A DNA stretch of 64,000 bases from an uncultured Pseudomonadales bacterium. GTDB taxonomy: Bacteria; Patescibacteriota; Microgenomatia; UBA1400; UBA1396. The notes below the pieces were generated by a model that had not been told where the DNA came from, did not search any database, and was given only the letters and a program-made list of their open reading frames with translations. The position numbers and the translations under genes were made by a program. Positions 29,594-41,775 of this stretch are shown here, in pieces. Within the stretch, counting starts at the first letter, position 1. Every line of letters begins with the position of its first letter. The stretch covers positions 184,547 to 248,546 of the forward strand of contig CAZRWP010000001.1 of NCBI GenBank assembly GCA_964603945.1. Reading direction: 5' to 3'.

Positions 29594-30772
29594 TTAATTA
29601 AGAATCTCGGTCACGGCACCGGCTCCAACGGTCAGACCGCCTTCGCGAATAGCGAAGCGGAGACCCTGCTCGATGGCAATTGGAGTAATTAACTCGACTG
29701 ACATCTGAGCGTTATCACCAGGCATAACCATTTCGACACCTTCAGGGAGTTTGATCTCACCTGTTACGTCCGTAGTCCGGAGGTAAAATTGGGGTCGGTA
29801 TCCGGAGAAGAATGGTTTGTGACGACCACCCTCTTCCTTGGTCAAAATGAGCACCTCAGCCTTGAATTTGGTCTGAGGAGTCACGCTACCAGGCTTACAA
29901 AGCACCATACCGCGCTCAACTTCGTCCTTTTCAACACCGCGGAGTAATACGCCCACGTTGTCACCGGCTTGGCCTTCTTCCAGCTGCTTGCGGAACATTT
30001 CTACTCCGGTAACAGCGGTTTTCTTGTCAGCGCCCATACCCAAAATCTGGATTTCGTCGCCAACTTTGACTACACCGCGATCAATCCGGCCGGTAACAAC
30101 TGTACCACGACCCTTGATTGAAAAAACGTCTTCGATAGACATGAGGAATGGTTTGTCGGTCTCACGAATTGGATCTTCAATGTATTCGTCAACTGCCTTC
30201 ATAAGGTCAAGAACACCCTGCTCATATTTGGCATCGCCTTCCAGAGCCTTAAGAGCGGAAACGCGAACCACTGGAGTGTTGTCGCCATCGAAACCGTATT
30301 TGCTTAACAGCTCACGGACTTCCATCTCGACTAAATCTAACAGTTCTTCGTCATCCACCATATCAACCTTGTTTAAAGCGACAACCAAGCGAGGTACATT
30401 AACCTGCTTGGCCAGCAGAATGTGCTCACGAGTCTGAGGCATCGGACCATCACTAGCCGCGACCACCAAAATAGCACCGTCCATCTGGGCAGCACCGGTA
30501 ATCATGTTCTTGATGTAGTCAGCGTGACCTGGGGCATCAATGTGAGCGTAGTGTCTCTTTTCAGTCTCGTACTCGAGGTGAGAAATATTAATTGTCACAC
30601 CGCGAGCGGCTTCTTCTGGAGCATTATCAATGTCCAGATATCCTCTGGCATCAGCCAGACCTTGTTTTGCCAAGACGGTGGTGATGGCAGCCGTCAAAGT
30701 CGTTTTACCATGGTCGACGTGACCGATAGTGCCGATATTGACGTGTGGCTTTGTTCGTTGGTATGTTGCCAT
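29594..30772 (-). CDS. tuf: elongation factor Tu
   Basis: [29 protein letters not shown]. Confidence 0.99.
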   Translation of the reverse strand: MATYQRTKPHVNIGTIGHVDHGKTTLTAAITTVLAKQGLADARGYLDIDNAPEEAARGVTINISHLEYETEKRHYAHIDAPGHADYIKNMITGAAQMDGAILVVAASDGPMPQTREHILLAKQVNVPRLVVALNKVDMVDDEELLDLVEMEVRELLSKYGFDGDNTPVVRVSALKALEGDAKYEQGVLDLMKAVDEYIEDPIRETDKPFLMSIEDVFSIKGRGTVVTGRIDRGVVKVGDEIQILGMGADKKTAVTGVEMFRKQLEEGQAGDNVGVLLRGVEKDEVERGMVLCKPGSVTPQTKFKAEVLILTKEEGGRHKPFFSGYRPQFYLRTTDVTGEIKLPEGVEMVMPGDNAQMSVELITPIAIEQGLRFAIREGGLTVGAGAVTEILN

Positions 30773-30803
30773 ACGTAATCTCCTTTGTTTTTATCCTTTT
30801 TTC

Positions 30804-32939
30804 TTACTTTTGATTGCTTTCAACGATTGTTTGCGCAATATTAGTTGGGACAACTTCGTAATGCGCTGGCTCCATATAATAAGAAGCCCGACCTTGAGTC
30901 ATGCTCCGGATGATTGTAGCATACTTAGACATCTCAGCCAGAGGAACCAAAGCGATAATTATGACGGCTGCACCGCTCTCTTTGGTTGCTTGAACTGCGC
31001 CGCGGCGGCCTGATAAATCGCCAATGATGTCACCCATATATTCTTTAGGCGTGGTCACCTCAACCCGCATGATTGGTTCAAGTAACTGCATGCCAGCTTG
31101 TTTAACACCGTCCTGCAAGGCAATTGAACCTGCGATCTTGAAAGCGGCTTCCGAAGAGTCGACGTCATGGTAACTTCCGTCATAAACGGTAACTTTCATG
31201 TCAACCAGAGGGTAACCGGCCATCACGCCATTTCCCATGGCTTCTTTAACACCTTTTTCAATGGCAGGAATGAATTCACGCGGAATTACACCACCAGTGA
31301 TTTCATTGATGAACTCATAACCGGTTCCCCGATCCTTGGGCTCAAGTTTTAACCAACAATGACCATACTGACCGCGACCACCAGACTGGCGAATAAATTT
31401 ACCTTCTGATTCAACCGCTTTAGAAATGGTTTCGCGGTAAGCTACCTGAGGCGCACCCACATCAGCGTCAACTTTAAATTCACGCTTCATGCGGTCAACT
31501 AGAATTTCCAAATGCAGTTCGCCCATACCGGCAATGACTGTCTGGTTGGTTTCAGGATTATTCTTGATTTGGAAAGTTGGATCTTCTTCAGATAACTTGT
31601 TTAAAGCTAAAGCCATCTTTTCTTGGTCCGATTTGGTCCGAGGCTCAATGGCCAAGGAAATAACTGGTTCAGCAAATGAAATACCTTCCAGAATGATCGG
31701 TTTGCTCTCTTCACAGAGAGTATCTCCGGTCTTGGTGTCTTTCAAGCCAACTACCGCCACAATTTCACCAGCGTAAGCTTCATTAATTTCTTCACGCTGA
31801 TTGGCGTGCATCAACAGCAAACGGCCAATGCGCTCACGGGTATCGCGGGTGGCATTGTACAGATAACTACCTGACTCGAGTTTACCTGAGTAAATTCGAC
31901 AGTAAGTAATTCGACCGACATGTGGATCAGTCTGAATCTTAAAAGCCAACATCGATAAAGGCTCGCTGACCTTGAGCTCGCGAGTAACTTCTTCTTCAGT
32001 TCGAGGATTGGTGCCAGTAATTGAATCGATATCAACCGGTGAAGGCAGATATTCAACAATCGCGTCTAACAAAGGTTGAATGCCCATGTTGCGCAGGGAT
32101 GAACCACCGTACATCGGCACTAATTCGTAATTAATAACGGCTTTTCTCAAAGCTGTCTTGAGTTCATTAACCGAAATTTCTTCGCCATTAATAAATTTTT
32201 CCAGTAGAACCTCGTCAGTTTCGCAAATTAACTCAACTAACTGAGCCCGCAGTTCTTCTGCCTGAGCTTTGTACTCTTCTGGAATATCGATAATATCGTA
32301 AGGAGTTTCTGGTTCCTGGTCAGCCCACCATAAGGCGTTACGGTCAAGTAATTGGATCACGCCATGGAACTCATTTTCGGCGCCCATAGGCAGAACCATT
32401 ACAGCTGGCTTAACACCGAATTTTTGGCGGACATCTTCGACTACATTAAGAAAATTAGCGCCAACTTTGTCCATTTTGTTTACAAAACATAAACGAGGAA
32501 CATTGTATTTATCAGCTTGACGCCAGACAGTTTCTGATTGAGACTGCACGCCTTTGTCAGCGTCCAGAACCGTAATTCCACCATCTAGTACGCGCAGTGA
32601 GCGCTCCACTTCGGCGGTAAAGTCGACGTGGCCTGGGGTATCGATAATGTTAATTCGGTAGTTAGAATGAGGCAAAGCCGTATCTAAAACTGGCGTCCAG
32701 AAAGTAGTGGTCGCGGCTGACATAATCGTAATACCACGCTCACGCTCCTGGTCCATCCAGTCCATAATCGCTTCGCCTTCATGGACTTCACCAATCTTGT
32801 AGGATTTACCGGTGAAGTAAAGAATGCGCTCGGTTGTGGTGGTCTTGCCAGCATCAATGTGCGCGATAATGCCGATATTTCTAATTTGTTCCAGAGGAAC
32901 ATTACGGTCTTGAGTTTTAACAATTTGCGGAGTAGCCAT
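30804..32939 (-). CDS. fusA: elongation factor G
   Basis: [25 protein letters not shown]. Confidence 0.99.
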   Translation of the reverse strand: MATPQIVKTQDRNVPLEQIRNIGIIAHIDAGKTTTTERILYFTGKSYKIGEVHEGEAIMDWMDQERERGITIMSAATTTFWTPVLDTALPHSNYRINIIDTPGHVDFTAEVERSLRVLDGGITVLDADKGVQSQSETVWRQADKYNVPRLCFVNKMDKVGANFLNVVEDVRQKFGVKPAVMVLPMGAENEFHGVIQLLDRNALWWADQEPETPYDIIDIPEEYKAQAEELRAQLVELICETDEVLLEKFINGEEISVNELKTALRKAVINYELVPMYGGSSLRNMGIQPLLDAIVEYLPSPVDIDSITGTNPRTEEEVTRELKVSEPLSMLAFKIQTDPHVGRITYCRIYSGKLESGSYLYNATRDTRERIGRLLLMHANQREEINEAYAGEIVAVVGLKDTKTGDTLCEESKPIILEGISFAEPVISLAIEPRTKSDQEKMALALNKLSEEDPTFQIKNNPETNQTVIAGMGELHLEILVDRMKREFKVDADVGAPQVAYRETISKAVESEGKFIRQSGGRGQYGHCWLKLEPKDRGTGYEFINEITGGVIPREFIPAIEKGVKEAMGNGVMAGYPLVDMKVTVYDGSYHDVDSSEAAFKIAGSIALQDGVKQAGMQLLEPIMRVEVTTPKEYMGDIIGDLSGRRGAVQATKESGAAVIIIALVPLAEMSKYATIIRSMTQGRASYYMEPAHYEVVPTNIAQTIVESNQK

Positions 32940-32961
32940 ACGCTTATCTTTCTAAAAAATA

Positions 32962-33438
32962 TTACCAGCGGAAGTGAGCAAACGCTTTATTCGCATCTGC
33001 CATTTTATGAGTTACAACTCGCTTCTGTACAGCCCCACCTTCTTCGTTCAAAGCGTCAAGCATTTCTGCGGACAGCTTATTGGCATAAGAATTGTAAACT
33101 TTATTGGGTCGTTTATTAGCTTCGTTAATGAGCCAGCGAATGGCTAATGAGGTCGCCCGGTGTTGACTGACCGGCATTGGTACCTGATAAGAAGCACCGC
33201 CGACACGGCGGGAACGGACTTCCATTGATGGAGCAACTTTGCGGAGTACTTCCTCCAAAACTTCAACCGGATCTCGGTTCAAAGTCTGGCGGATGATTTC
33301 CAAAGCCTGGTAAACCTGCTTTTGAGCGACGGTTTTTTTGCCGTCCTTCATGGAACGATTGATAAGTTTGGTGACCGCTACTGAGTTATAGCGCGGATCT
33401 GGATTTAGCTGACGTTTTACTGCCTTATTAGTACGCAT
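32962..33438 (-). CDS. rpsG: 30S ribosomal protein S7
   Basis: SRRVGGASYQVP, ANKAFAHFRW. Confidence 0.98.
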   Translation of the reverse strand: MRTNKAVKRQLNPDPRYNSVAVTKLINRSMKDGKKTVAQKQVYQALEIIRQTLNRDPVEVLEEVLRKVAPSMEVRSRRVGGASYQVPMPVSQHRATSLAIRWLINEANKRPNKVYNSYANKLSAEMLDALNEEGGAVQKRVVTHKMADANKAFAHFRW

Positions 33439-33471
33439 GTTATTCCTTTATCTTCTAAAATTTCTAAAATA

Positions 33472-33888
33472 TTATGCTTTTGATTTCTTGGCGCCATATT
33501 TGGAGCGAGAGGTCTTGCGGCCTTCCACGCCAGCGCAGTCATAAACACCGCGGACAATGTGATATTTCACACCTGGCAAGTCTTTAACGCGGCCACCGCG
33601 AACCAACACAATTGAGTGCTCAGCCAGATTGTGGCCTTCACCCTGAATGTAAGCGGTAACTTCCATTTTGTTAGACAAACGGACACGAGCGACTTTACGT
33701 AAAGCGGAGTTAGGTTTCTTAGGTGTCATGGTCTTAACCAAAGTACAAACACCGCGCTTTTGTGGGTTAGTAGTATGAATACTGCCGGTTTTGAGCGCAT
33801 TAAAAGAACGGCGTAAAGCCTGGGCTTTCACCTTTCTTGGTTTGTCTTTGCGTCCGCCCTTGCGGATTAATTGGTTAATTGTAGGCAC
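33472..33888 (-). CDS. rpsL: 30S ribosomal protein S12
   Basis: GTG start; [27 protein letters not shown]. Confidence 0.98.
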   Translation of the reverse strand: MPTINQLIRKGGRKDKPRKVKAQALRRSFNALKTGSIHTTNPQKRGVCTLVKTMTPKKPNSALRKVARVRLSNKMEVTAYIQGEGHNLAEHSIVLVRGGRVKDLPGVKYHIVRGVYDCAGVEGRKTSRSKYGAKKSKA

Positions 33889-34121
33889 GTAACTCTCCTT
33901 TTTGCTTTAGTAGCGTCGTTTTTACTTATTAAATGAGGGGAACTAGAGTTTTTAAGTGTTACTCAATGACCTTTGGCCACTGTCCCTTCACACGTTCTCA
34001 GGGGTTGCCTGAGAATTGAAAGTATACCATAGGACAGGGAAAACTCTAGTAGTGTAATTGTCTATTTTGATTTTTGGAAAGGATGATGGTGAGGTGACGT
34101 TGGCACTATCCAAAAATCAAT

Positions 34122-34238
34122 GTTGTTGGGGGGGTAATGGTTAACGACTTTTGCGCTATCCATTCGCCATGTCCATGGCGAGCGCAACAAGCCATATCTC
34201 TATGGCGTGTCGTTAAACCATTATCCCCTGCCAACAAC
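34122..34238 (-). other. multi-stem structured element directly after the rpoC stop codon
   Basis: Outer stem GTTGTTGG..TAATGGTT-AACGAC pairs with GTCGTT-AAACCATTA..CCAACAAC; inner hairpins TCGCCATG/CATGGCGA and GCCATA/TATGGC. Confidence 0.65.
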
Positions 34239-37200
34239 CTACATTTCAATCTGCGCGCGTTCCGGCGAGGTCGGGATTAAACGTCCAATAATGACGTTTT
34301 CCTTTAGACCAAGCAAGCGATCGTACTTGCCCTGAGAGGCGGCCTGCGTCAACACGTTAGTGGTGTGCTGGAAGGAAGCCGCTGACAACCAACTCTCGGT
34401 GTAGAGAGCGGCGCGGGTAATACCTAGAATCAGAACCTGAGCGGTAGAAGGCTCTCCGCCTTCGGCCATCACAGCTTCATTTTCTTCTCTAAAGCGCATA
34501 CGGTCAACAATTTCGCCCGGTAAGAGCGAAGTGTCACCGGCTGTCTCAATCATGACTTTGTCACTCATCTTGGAGATAGTCACCTCAAAGTGCTTGTCAT
34601 GAATCGAGATGCCCTGTGACTCATAAACTCGTTGGATTTCATCCAGCAAGTATTGCTGAGCCGCCCGCATGCCACGCAGTTTCAAAATATCGCGAATATC
34701 CAGAACACCGCTGGCTAGTTGAGAGCCGGCGTGAACTAGTTCATCGTCAGATACCATAATCTTGGTGGTCTTAGGTACGGTGTAAGTCTTAACTTCTTCA
34801 GGTTTGCCATTACCAGTAATGGTGATTTCGTTTACGTCGTCCTTTTCTACCACGGTTACTTTACCGGTGATTTCCGCAATAGGGGCCAAACCCTTAGGAT
34901 TGCGAATTTCAAACAGCTCTTCCACACGAGGTAGGCCCTGGGTAACATCGAGACCGACAATACCACCAGAGTGCTTCACCCGCATAGTTAGTTGAGTTCC
35001 TGGCTCACCAATTGACTGAGCCGAGACAACACCAACTGGTGTTCCGATATCAACCACTTTTTTGGTGGAGAAATCCCAGCCGTAACACTTGGCACACATA
35101 CCAACCGGCAGTTGACAGGTTAGAGGTGAGCGAACCCACACACTAGCCACATCACTGGCGTCGATCTTAGCTGACAACTCATCATCGATAATCTCGTTAC
35201 GAGCAACCAATACTTCACCAGCTGAATTGACCACATCCCTGGCGGCGAACCGGCCATGAATGCGCTTGGCAAACACCTTAGAGCGCTCGCCTGCGCGGAC
35301 AATCTCGAGTCCTTCTTCGGTTTCACAATCGTGAGCGCGAATGATGGAGTCATGAGCCACATCACAAAGACGGCGAGTTAGGTAACCGGCGTCAGCCGTT
35401 TTAAGGGCGGAGTCAGTCAGACCTTTACGAGATCCGCGAGATGAGGTCACATATTCAAAAATGGTGAGACCTTCACGGAAATTAGACTTGGTAGGCATTT
35501 CCACAATCCGACCCATCGGGTCAACCACGAGTCCACGCATAGCGGATAGCTGTTTAACCTGATCTTTTGAGGCACGAGTTCCACCTGAATTGATAATGAC
35601 CTTAATAGCGTTATTAACCGCCATGTTGTCCCAGGTCTTATCGGCCACCTCGTCAGTTGTCTTCATCCAGATTTCAAAAGTTAAACGGCGCTTCTCTTCC
35701 TGAGTAATTAAACCCTGAAGATAACTTTCCTGAACTTCTTCAGCCTTTTTGTTGGCAACTAAGACAATATCTTCCTTTTCTGGAATCATCGTACAGTCAG
35801 ACACTGCCACAGACAAACCAGAGTTAGTAGCCGTCTCAAAACCGATGTCTTTGATGGCGTCGATCATCTCAGCTGTTTTATCGCTGTCTAAACGGTCAAT
35901 GGCATTGCGGACCAGATCTTTAATCTTGCCGGCGTTAACTTCTTCGTTCATGTACTCGATTTCTTCTGGCAAGACGTTGTTGAACTTGATGCGACCCACG
36001 GTAGTTTCAATTCGCTCCGTTGTGCCATCAGCTCGTTCAATCCGAACCTCAATTGGTTGGCGTAAGGTAATTAACCCCAGTTGAAGTGCCTGTTCGGCTT
36101 CCAAGGTAGAAGCAAACACAATCTTAGATTTTTCAGCGAAAGAATCAATCGAGGTCAGATAATACACACCTAAAGCCATTTCCTTGTTAGGAATGGTAAT
36201 CGGAGTCATATCAGCTGGCTTGAGCAAATTATGCTGAGGCATCATCTGTTCAACCGCTTCCTTAATTGATTGTTTGCTTAAAGGTACATGTACAGCCATT
36301 TGGTCACCATCAAAGTCAGCGTTGTAACCAGCACAGACACAAGGGTGCAAACGAATAGCACTTCCCTCAACCAAAACCGGATAGAAAGCTTGAATTCCAA
36401 GCTTATGCAAAGTTGGAGCACGGTTTAGCAAGACTGGATGGTTTTTGGTAATAGATTCCAAAATGTCATACACCACATCCTGGCGGCGTTCCAGCATGAA
36501 CTTAGCACTGCGGATATTTGGGGCGTAACCCAATTTGATCAGTTCGCGCAAGACAAAAGGCTTGAACATTTCCAAGGCCATTTCCTTAGGCAAACCGCAC
36601 TGATTAAGCTTGAGTTCTGGACCAACCACAATCACTGAACGACCGGAATAGTCAACCCGTTTACCCAAGAGGTTCTGGCGGAAACGTCCTTGCTTACCGC
36701 GTAGCATCTCAGATAAAGACTTAAGCGGGCGGCGGCGGACGCGGCGCGAACTGCGGGCATGGGCACTATCAATTAAAGCGTCGACAGCTTCCTGAAGCAT
36801 CCGTTTTTCATTACGCAAAATGATTTCCGGCGCACCCAAGTTAATTAAGTGGCGCAAACGGTTGTTGCGGTTAATTACTCGGCGGTACAGATCATTTAGG
36901 TCCGAGGCCGCAAAACGGCCGCCGGACAATTGGACCATTGGGCGCAAATCTGGTGGTAGAACCGGCAGAGCTTTCTGGAACATCCACTCTGGTTTTTGAC
37001 CACTGCGGCGAAAGCCTTCAACAATACGCAGACGCTTGGTTGCCTTAACGCGGCGCTGGCCGGTAGCGGTCAGAACTTCTTCTTTGAGCTGTTCAGCCAA
37101 TTGGTTAAGGTCAATTTCCTTAATGACTTCCAGCAAGGCTTCGGCACCCATGCCTAAACGCAGGTGATCGACAGCATTATATTCAGCTAGCTTAAGGTAT

Positions 37201-37994
37201 TCGTCTTCAAACAGGATTGAGTGCTTGGAAATCTTCTTAACCATCTCCATGATGGTGTCGTAAATCTCATCCGAGTTCTCTTTATCCTGTTCCAGCTGAT
37301 CCTTAATGGAGGCCATTCGTTGTTTAGTCTTTAGCTTAATTTCATCAGTTTTTAAAGCTAGATTTTCTTTATCCTTGATCTGTTGTTTAGCTACTTCCAA
37401 ATCAGAAAGCAACTTCTCTCTAACTTCTTCAACTGTATTCTTAGCTTCTTCTTCCAGCTGTTCCTTGGCGGCTTCGCGGTCTGATTCCAGTTGTTCCAAA
37501 ATGACTTGCTTAGCAGAGCTATCTACACCCAGCACAATGTACTTACTAAAGTAAATAATTGAACTCAGGTTGCGGGGACTGATGTCCAGTAAGAGTGACA
37601 AAGCAGACGGAGCACCCTTGAAATACCAAATGTGGACTGCCGGCACGGCTAGTTCAATATGGCCTAAGCGCTCGCGGCGGACACGGCTTTGGGTAATTTC
37701 AGTACCACATTTATCACAAACAATCCCTTTATAGCGATAACCTTTGTACTTGCCACAGAAACACTGCCAGTCGCGGGTTGGTCCGAAGATTTCTTCGGCA
37801 AATAACCCACCTTTTTCGGTTTTCTGAGTTCGGTAGTTGATGGTTTCAGCTTTAACCACTTCACCATATGACCATTCACGAATTTCCTCTGGAGAAGCTA
37901 GACTTATACGCAAGGATTCAAAGTCCAGAATTCGCTCTTCCGTTTTGCGACTATTGGATTGAAAACCGGTTTGAGTGTCGGTGTTTGGTGTCAT
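34239..37994 (-). CDS. rpoC: RNA polymerase subunit beta'
   Basis: [10 protein letters not shown] catalytic motif, [12 protein letters not shown] and zinc fingers; ATG at 37994 next to the rpoB stop. Confidence 0.99.
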   Translation of the reverse strand: MTPNTDTQTGFQSNSRKTEERILDFESLRISLASPEEIREWSYGEVVKAETINYRTQKTEKGGLFAEEIFGPTRDWQCFCGKYKGYRYKGIVCDKCGTEITQSRVRRERLGHIELAVPAVHIWYFKGAPSALSLLLDISPRNLSSIIYFSKYIVLGVDSSAKQVILEQLESDREAAKEQLEEEAKNTVEEVREKLLSDLEVAKQQIKDKENLALKTDEIKLKTKQRMASIKDQLEQDKENSDEIYDTIMEMVKKISKHSILFEDEYLKLAEYNAVDHLRLGMGAEALLEVIKEIDLNQLAEQLKEEVLTATGQRRVKATKRLRIVEGFRRSGQKPEWMFQKALPVLPPDLRPMVQLSGGRFAASDLNDLYRRVINRNNRLRHLINLGAPEIILRNEKRMLQEAVDALIDSAHARSSRRVRRRPLKSLSEMLRGKQGRFRQNLLGKRVDYSGRSVIVVGPELKLNQCGLPKEMALEMFKPFVLRELIKLGYAPNIRSAKFMLERRQDVVYDILESITKNHPVLLNRAPTLHKLGIQAFYPVLVEGSAIRLHPCVCAGYNADFDGDQMAVHVPLSKQSIKEAVEQMMPQHNLLKPADMTPITIPNKEMALGVYYLTSIDSFAEKSKIVFASTLEAEQALQLGLITLRQPIEVRIERADGTTERIETTVGRIKFNNVLPEEIEYMNEEVNAGKIKDLVRNAIDRLDSDKTAEMIDAIKDIGFETATNSGLSVAVSDCTMIPEKEDIVLVANKKAEEVQESYLQGLITQEEKRRLTFEIWMKTTDEVADKTWDNMAVNNAIKVIINSGGTRASKDQVKQLSAMRGLVVDPMGRIVEMPTKSNFREGLTIFEYVTSSRGSRKGLTDSALKTADAGYLTRRLCDVAHDSIIRAHDCETEEGLEIVRAGERSKVFAKRIHGRFAARDVVNSAGEVLVARNEIIDDELSAKIDASDVASVWVRSPLTCQLPVGMCAKCYGWDFSTKKVVDIGTPVGVVSAQSIGEPGTQLTMRVKHSGGIVGLDVTQGLPRVEELFEIRNPKGLAPIAEITGKVTVVEKDDVNEITITGNGKPEEVKTYTVPKTTKIMVSDDELVHAGSQLASGVLDIRDILKLRGMRAAQQYLLDEIQRVYESQGISIHDKHFEVTISKMSDKVMIETAGDTSLLPGEIVDRMRFREENEAVMAEGGEPSTAQVLILGITRAALYTESWLSAASFQHTTNVLTQAASQGKYDRLLGLKENVIIGRLIPTSPERAQIEM

Positions 37995-37995
37995 A

Positions 37996-40900
37996 TTAGT
38001 TCTCCTCTCCCTCAGCCGACGTAGTGCGAATGGCGGCATTTTCCTCGTCAGTCATTTCTTCATCAATTTCGGTAGGATCTTCAACTTCAGAATCCTCTGG
38101 TAAAGATTCATCTAACTCAGATTCTTCATCAGCTAAAATTTCAGATGTTTCGTCGGCATCTTCAAGCGCCAACTCAGTCTCAGCGTCATCAGCCAGATCA
38201 ACCGCTGGAGTTTCTTCTTCCTCTTGGACCGTGGCTTCGACCATGTCAATCTTCAAACCTAAAGCGTTAAGTTCTCTAACTAACACGCGGAATGATTCAG
38301 GCACGGAAGCGCCTGGAATAACATCATCGGAAACAATAGCTTCAAAAGCTTTAGCACGACCAACCACGTCATCAGACTTAATAGTTAACATTTCCTGAAG
38401 AGTATGAGCCGCTTTGTGAGCTTGGAGAGCCCAGACTTCCATTTCTCCCAAACGCTGACCACCCATTTGAGCTCGGCCGCCAAGTGGCTGCTGAGTCACT
38501 AAGGAGTAAGGCCCAGTCGAACGGGCATGAGTTTTATCCTCAACCATGTGAACCAACTTAAGAATGTAAGCTACACCAACGGTTGTTTTCTCGGTATAGG
38601 GATCACCGGTGCGGCCATCAAATAATTGAGCTTTTCCAGAATTTGGCAAGCCAGCTCGTTCGAGCTCTTTCCAAATCCGCTCTTCTTTACTCTCTTCAAA
38701 GACAGGCACGGCCACTCGATAACCAAGTGTTTGAGCCGCCCAGCCCAGATGAGCCTCCAAAAGCTGTCCCATGTTCATGCGGGCCAGCACGGAAAGTGGC
38801 GAAATAATGATGTCCACCGGAGTTCCATCTTCCAGATACGGCATATCCTCGACTGGCACGACTTTGGAGATAACACCTTTGTTACCATGACGGCCAGCCA
38901 ATTTATCACCGATCATAATTTTGCGAAGTTGTGCAACTCGGACAATCACGCGTTTGTTAACGCCGGTTTCCAGTTCGTCACCGCGATCGCGATCTAAAAC
39001 AATTACGTCAATAACGGTTCCGCTTTCACCATTAGGCATGCGGAGTGAGGTGTCTTTGACTTCGCGAGCTTTTTCACCAAAAATGGCGCGCAGTAAACGC
39101 TCTTCCGAGCTGAGTTCAGTTTCACCCTTAGGAGCAATCTTACCGACTAAAATATCTCCAGCCTGGACTTGACTGCCCACGGCCACAATACCTTCTTCAT
39201 CCAGATTGCGTAGCTCAACTTCACTAACATTTGGAATATCGCGAGTTAATTCTTCCGGACCCAATTTAGTATCCATAACTTCAGTCTCGTATTCGCTGAT
39301 ATAGATCGAGCTAAGACTGTCGTCTTTAACTAATCGGTCAGAAATAATGATGGCATCTTCATAATCCAATCCATCAAAGGAAGTGTAAGCGATCACCAAG
39401 TTCTGACCAAGAGCCAGCTCACCATTATCAGTGGAAGGACCATCAATCAGTAAATCGTTGACCTTAACTTTATCGCCTTGCTTAACCACTGGACGCTGGG
39501 TGTAACAGGTACTTTGAGAAGTGCGAATAAATTTGCGTAGGTGATAAGTCAAGACATCTCCCTTGAGATCCATGTTCTCACCTTGCTTTAATTCAGCATC
39601 TTTTTTGGCTCTGTCCAAGTCCTTGCCAGAAAGTTTTAACTTAATAATGTTAGCGTCAACATCTTCAACGGTACCAGCGTACTTGGCATAAATGGTGTGA
39701 CCCATCGCTCTGGAAATTTCTGATTCCATGCCAGTACCAATAGTTGGCGCAGTTGGGCGAACCAAAGGCACAGCCTGACATTGCATGTGAGAGCCCATCA
39801 AAGCACGGTTAGCTTCGTCATGAGAAATAAACGGAATTAAAGAAGCGGAAGAACCCACCACCTGGCGCGGAATAACATCAATATACTGAACATTTTCCAC
39901 CGGACCTTCGATGAATTCATTATTGTGGCGCATTGGAATCCATTCCTGAGTAATGTAGCCATCTTTGTCGACTTCAATTTCTGAATGGGTAATGTACAGA
40001 TCCTGCTCGTCATCTGCCTGCAGATAATCAATTTCCGGCTGAACACGCATCTTAATACCATTTTTGGTCTCTTCTTTAACCACCTTGTGATAAGGCGCTT
40101 CCAAAAATCCATAGTTATTTACGCGGGTATATAAAGCCAAATAGGTCACCAAACCAATGTTTGGACCTTCAGGCGAACGGACCGGGTCGATACGGGAATA
40201 CTGAGAAGCGTTAATATCACGCATCGAGAATGAAGCGCGTTCGCGCGTCACACCGCCAGTTCCCATCACCGATAAACGGCGCAGGTTATCAACTTCAGCT
40301 AACGGATTTGTCTGATCCAAAATGGTCGACAAACGGTTACGGCGGAAGAATTCCGAAATCGTGGCGATTAACGGTCGGGCATTAATTAAAGATGAAGGCG
40401 AAAGCTCTTCACCAGTTTTAGTCAGAGACATTTTTTCACGAATTGAGCGTTCAAGTCTGAGCAAACCAACCCGAAAAGCCACGGTTTCTACCAGTTCACC
40501 CACACGACGGACACGGCGGTTACTTAAATGGTCGATATCATCCACGTATCCATGGCCGTTTTGTAGATTAATTAAGTATTTAAAGGCCGACACAATATCG
40601 TCTTTAGTCAGGACATTGGCTCGAGTATCATCATCAGACTTAACCTCTAAACCTAAACGGCGGTTAAGCTTGTAACGGCCAACTCGACTGAGGTCATAGC
40701 GGCGCGGATTAAAAAATAAATCCTGCAGTAATTCCTGGGCGCCTTCTAAAGTTGCAGGCTCACCAGGGCGCAGTTTTTCATAAAGCTCAATTAATGCTTC
40801 ACTTTGTGTTTTGGTGGGATCCTTGTCAATGGTGTTTTGGACATAGCGCACATCTTCATCAACATCTACATCACTAAATAAGTCCAAAATCTGCTCATCA

Positions 40901-41502
40901 GCCTCAAAACCCAAAGCACGCAATAATACCGTACCAGCAAACTTCCGGTTACGGTCAATTTTTACGGTCAAAACATCGCGGCGGCCAACCGAAACTTCCA
41001 GCCAAGAACCACGCATTGGGCGCAGTTCAGCTCGGTAAAGCATTCGACCAGTGCGGGGATCTTCCTCACCGGCAAAGAAAATACCAGGGGAGCGAACCAA
41101 TTGGTTCACCACTGCGCGATCAACACCATTGATTACAAAAGTACCGGCTTCAGTCATTAAAGGAATGTCGCCCATGAAAACTTCTTGGATGACGGTGTCG
41201 CTAGTGCGCAGATTAGTCAGGGTAACTTCAACCCGCAGAGGGGCATCATAAGTTAAGCCTTTAAGGCGAGCTTCATCAGGGGTAAGTTTGGGTTCATCAA
41301 AATAGTGTTTACCGAAAACCAGTTTCCAGTTTTTGCCGGTAAAATCAACAATGCCGCCGTTTTCATTAATTTCGGCAAAAGCATCTTGAATTCCTTGTCT
41401 CAAAAACGCGTCGTAAGATTCTTTTTGAACTTCGGTAAGATCGATATTAGGGAGAGTGATACCGGTCTTTCCCCAATATTGACGAGGGCTATTAGTCGCC
41501 AT
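37996..41502 (-). CDS. rpoB: RNA polymerase subunit beta (acidic C-terminal tail)
   Basis: [36 protein letters not shown]. Confidence 0.99.
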   Translation of the reverse strand: MATNSPRQYWGKTGITLPNIDLTEVQKESYDAFLRQGIQDAFAEINENGGIVDFTGKNWKLVFGKHYFDEPKLTPDEARLKGLTYDAPLRVEVTLTNLRTSDTVIQEVFMGDIPLMTEAGTFVINGVDRAVVNQLVRSPGIFFAGEEDPRTGRMLYRAELRPMRGSWLEVSVGRRDVLTVKIDRNRKFAGTVLLRALGFEADEQILDLFSDVDVDEDVRYVQNTIDKDPTKTQSEALIELYEKLRPGEPATLEGAQELLQDLFFNPRRYDLSRVGRYKLNRRLGLEVKSDDDTRANVLTKDDIVSAFKYLINLQNGHGYVDDIDHLSNRRVRRVGELVETVAFRVGLLRLERSIREKMSLTKTGEELSPSSLINARPLIATISEFFRRNRLSTILDQTNPLAEVDNLRRLSVMGTGGVTRERASFSMRDINASQYSRIDPVRSPEGPNIGLVTYLALYTRVNNYGFLEAPYHKVVKEETKNGIKMRVQPEIDYLQADDEQDLYITHSEIEVDKDGYITQEWIPMRHNNEFIEGPVENVQYIDVIPRQVVGSSASLIPFISHDEANRALMGSHMQCQAVPLVRPTAPTIGTGMESEISRAMGHTIYAKYAGTVEDVDANIIKLKLSGKDLDRAKKDAELKQGENMDLKGDVLTYHLRKFIRTSQSTCYTQRPVVKQGDKVKVNDLLIDGPSTDNGELALGQNLVIAYTSFDGLDYEDAIIISDRLVKDDSLSSIYISEYETEVMDTKLGPEELTRDIPNVSEVELRNLDEEGIVAVGSQVQAGDILVGKIAPKGETELSSEERLLRAIFGEKAREVKDTSLRMPNGESGTVIDVIVLDRDRGDELETGVNKRVIVRVAQLRKIMIGDKLAGRHGNKGVISKVVPVEDMPYLEDGTPVDIIISPLSVLARMNMGQLLEAHLGWAAQTLGYRVAVPVFEESKEERIWKELERAGLPNSGKAQLFDGRTGDPYTEKTTVGVAYILKLVHMVEDKTHARSTGPYSLVTQQPLGGRAQMGGQRLGEMEVWALQAHKAAHTLQEMLTIKSDDVVGRAKAFEAIVSDDVIPGASVPESFRVLVRELNALGLKIDMVEATVQEEEETPAVDLADDAETELALEDADETSEILADEESELDESLPEDSEVEDPTEIDEEMTDEENAAIRTTSAEGEEN

Positions 41503-41668
41503 AGATGGTGCTTCCTTTTTTACTCTTTTCCTTGACTGTCACCTGGAATGAGCTTCCTCCGTTAGCACCAAGAGTTTAATAAATATTTTGCTCCGCCCAG
41601 TCTGGACAAGAGTATTTTTTAAACTTATTTGTGTTTCACCAGAAACATCCTCACAGCGATGAACGGGA

Positions 41669-41697
41669 ATTATAGCGAATTGAGCTTGGGAATGCAA
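41669..41697 (-). promoter_or_regulatory. sigma70-type promoter of rpoBC
   Basis: TTGCAT-N17-TATAAT on the minus strand, leaving a ~160-nt leader. Confidence 0.7.
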
Positions 41698-41724
41698 GAA
41701 GATGAAATGAGCTAAAACTCGAAA

Positions 41725-41754
41725 TGAAAAGGAGGTCGAGAGACCTCCTTTTCA
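41725..41754 (-). terminator. intrinsic terminator after groL
   Basis: TGAAAAGGAGGTC-N4-GACCTCCTTTTCA perfect stem. Confidence 0.85.
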
Positions 41755-41775
41755 CTCATTTCTTAATCTTAATCT

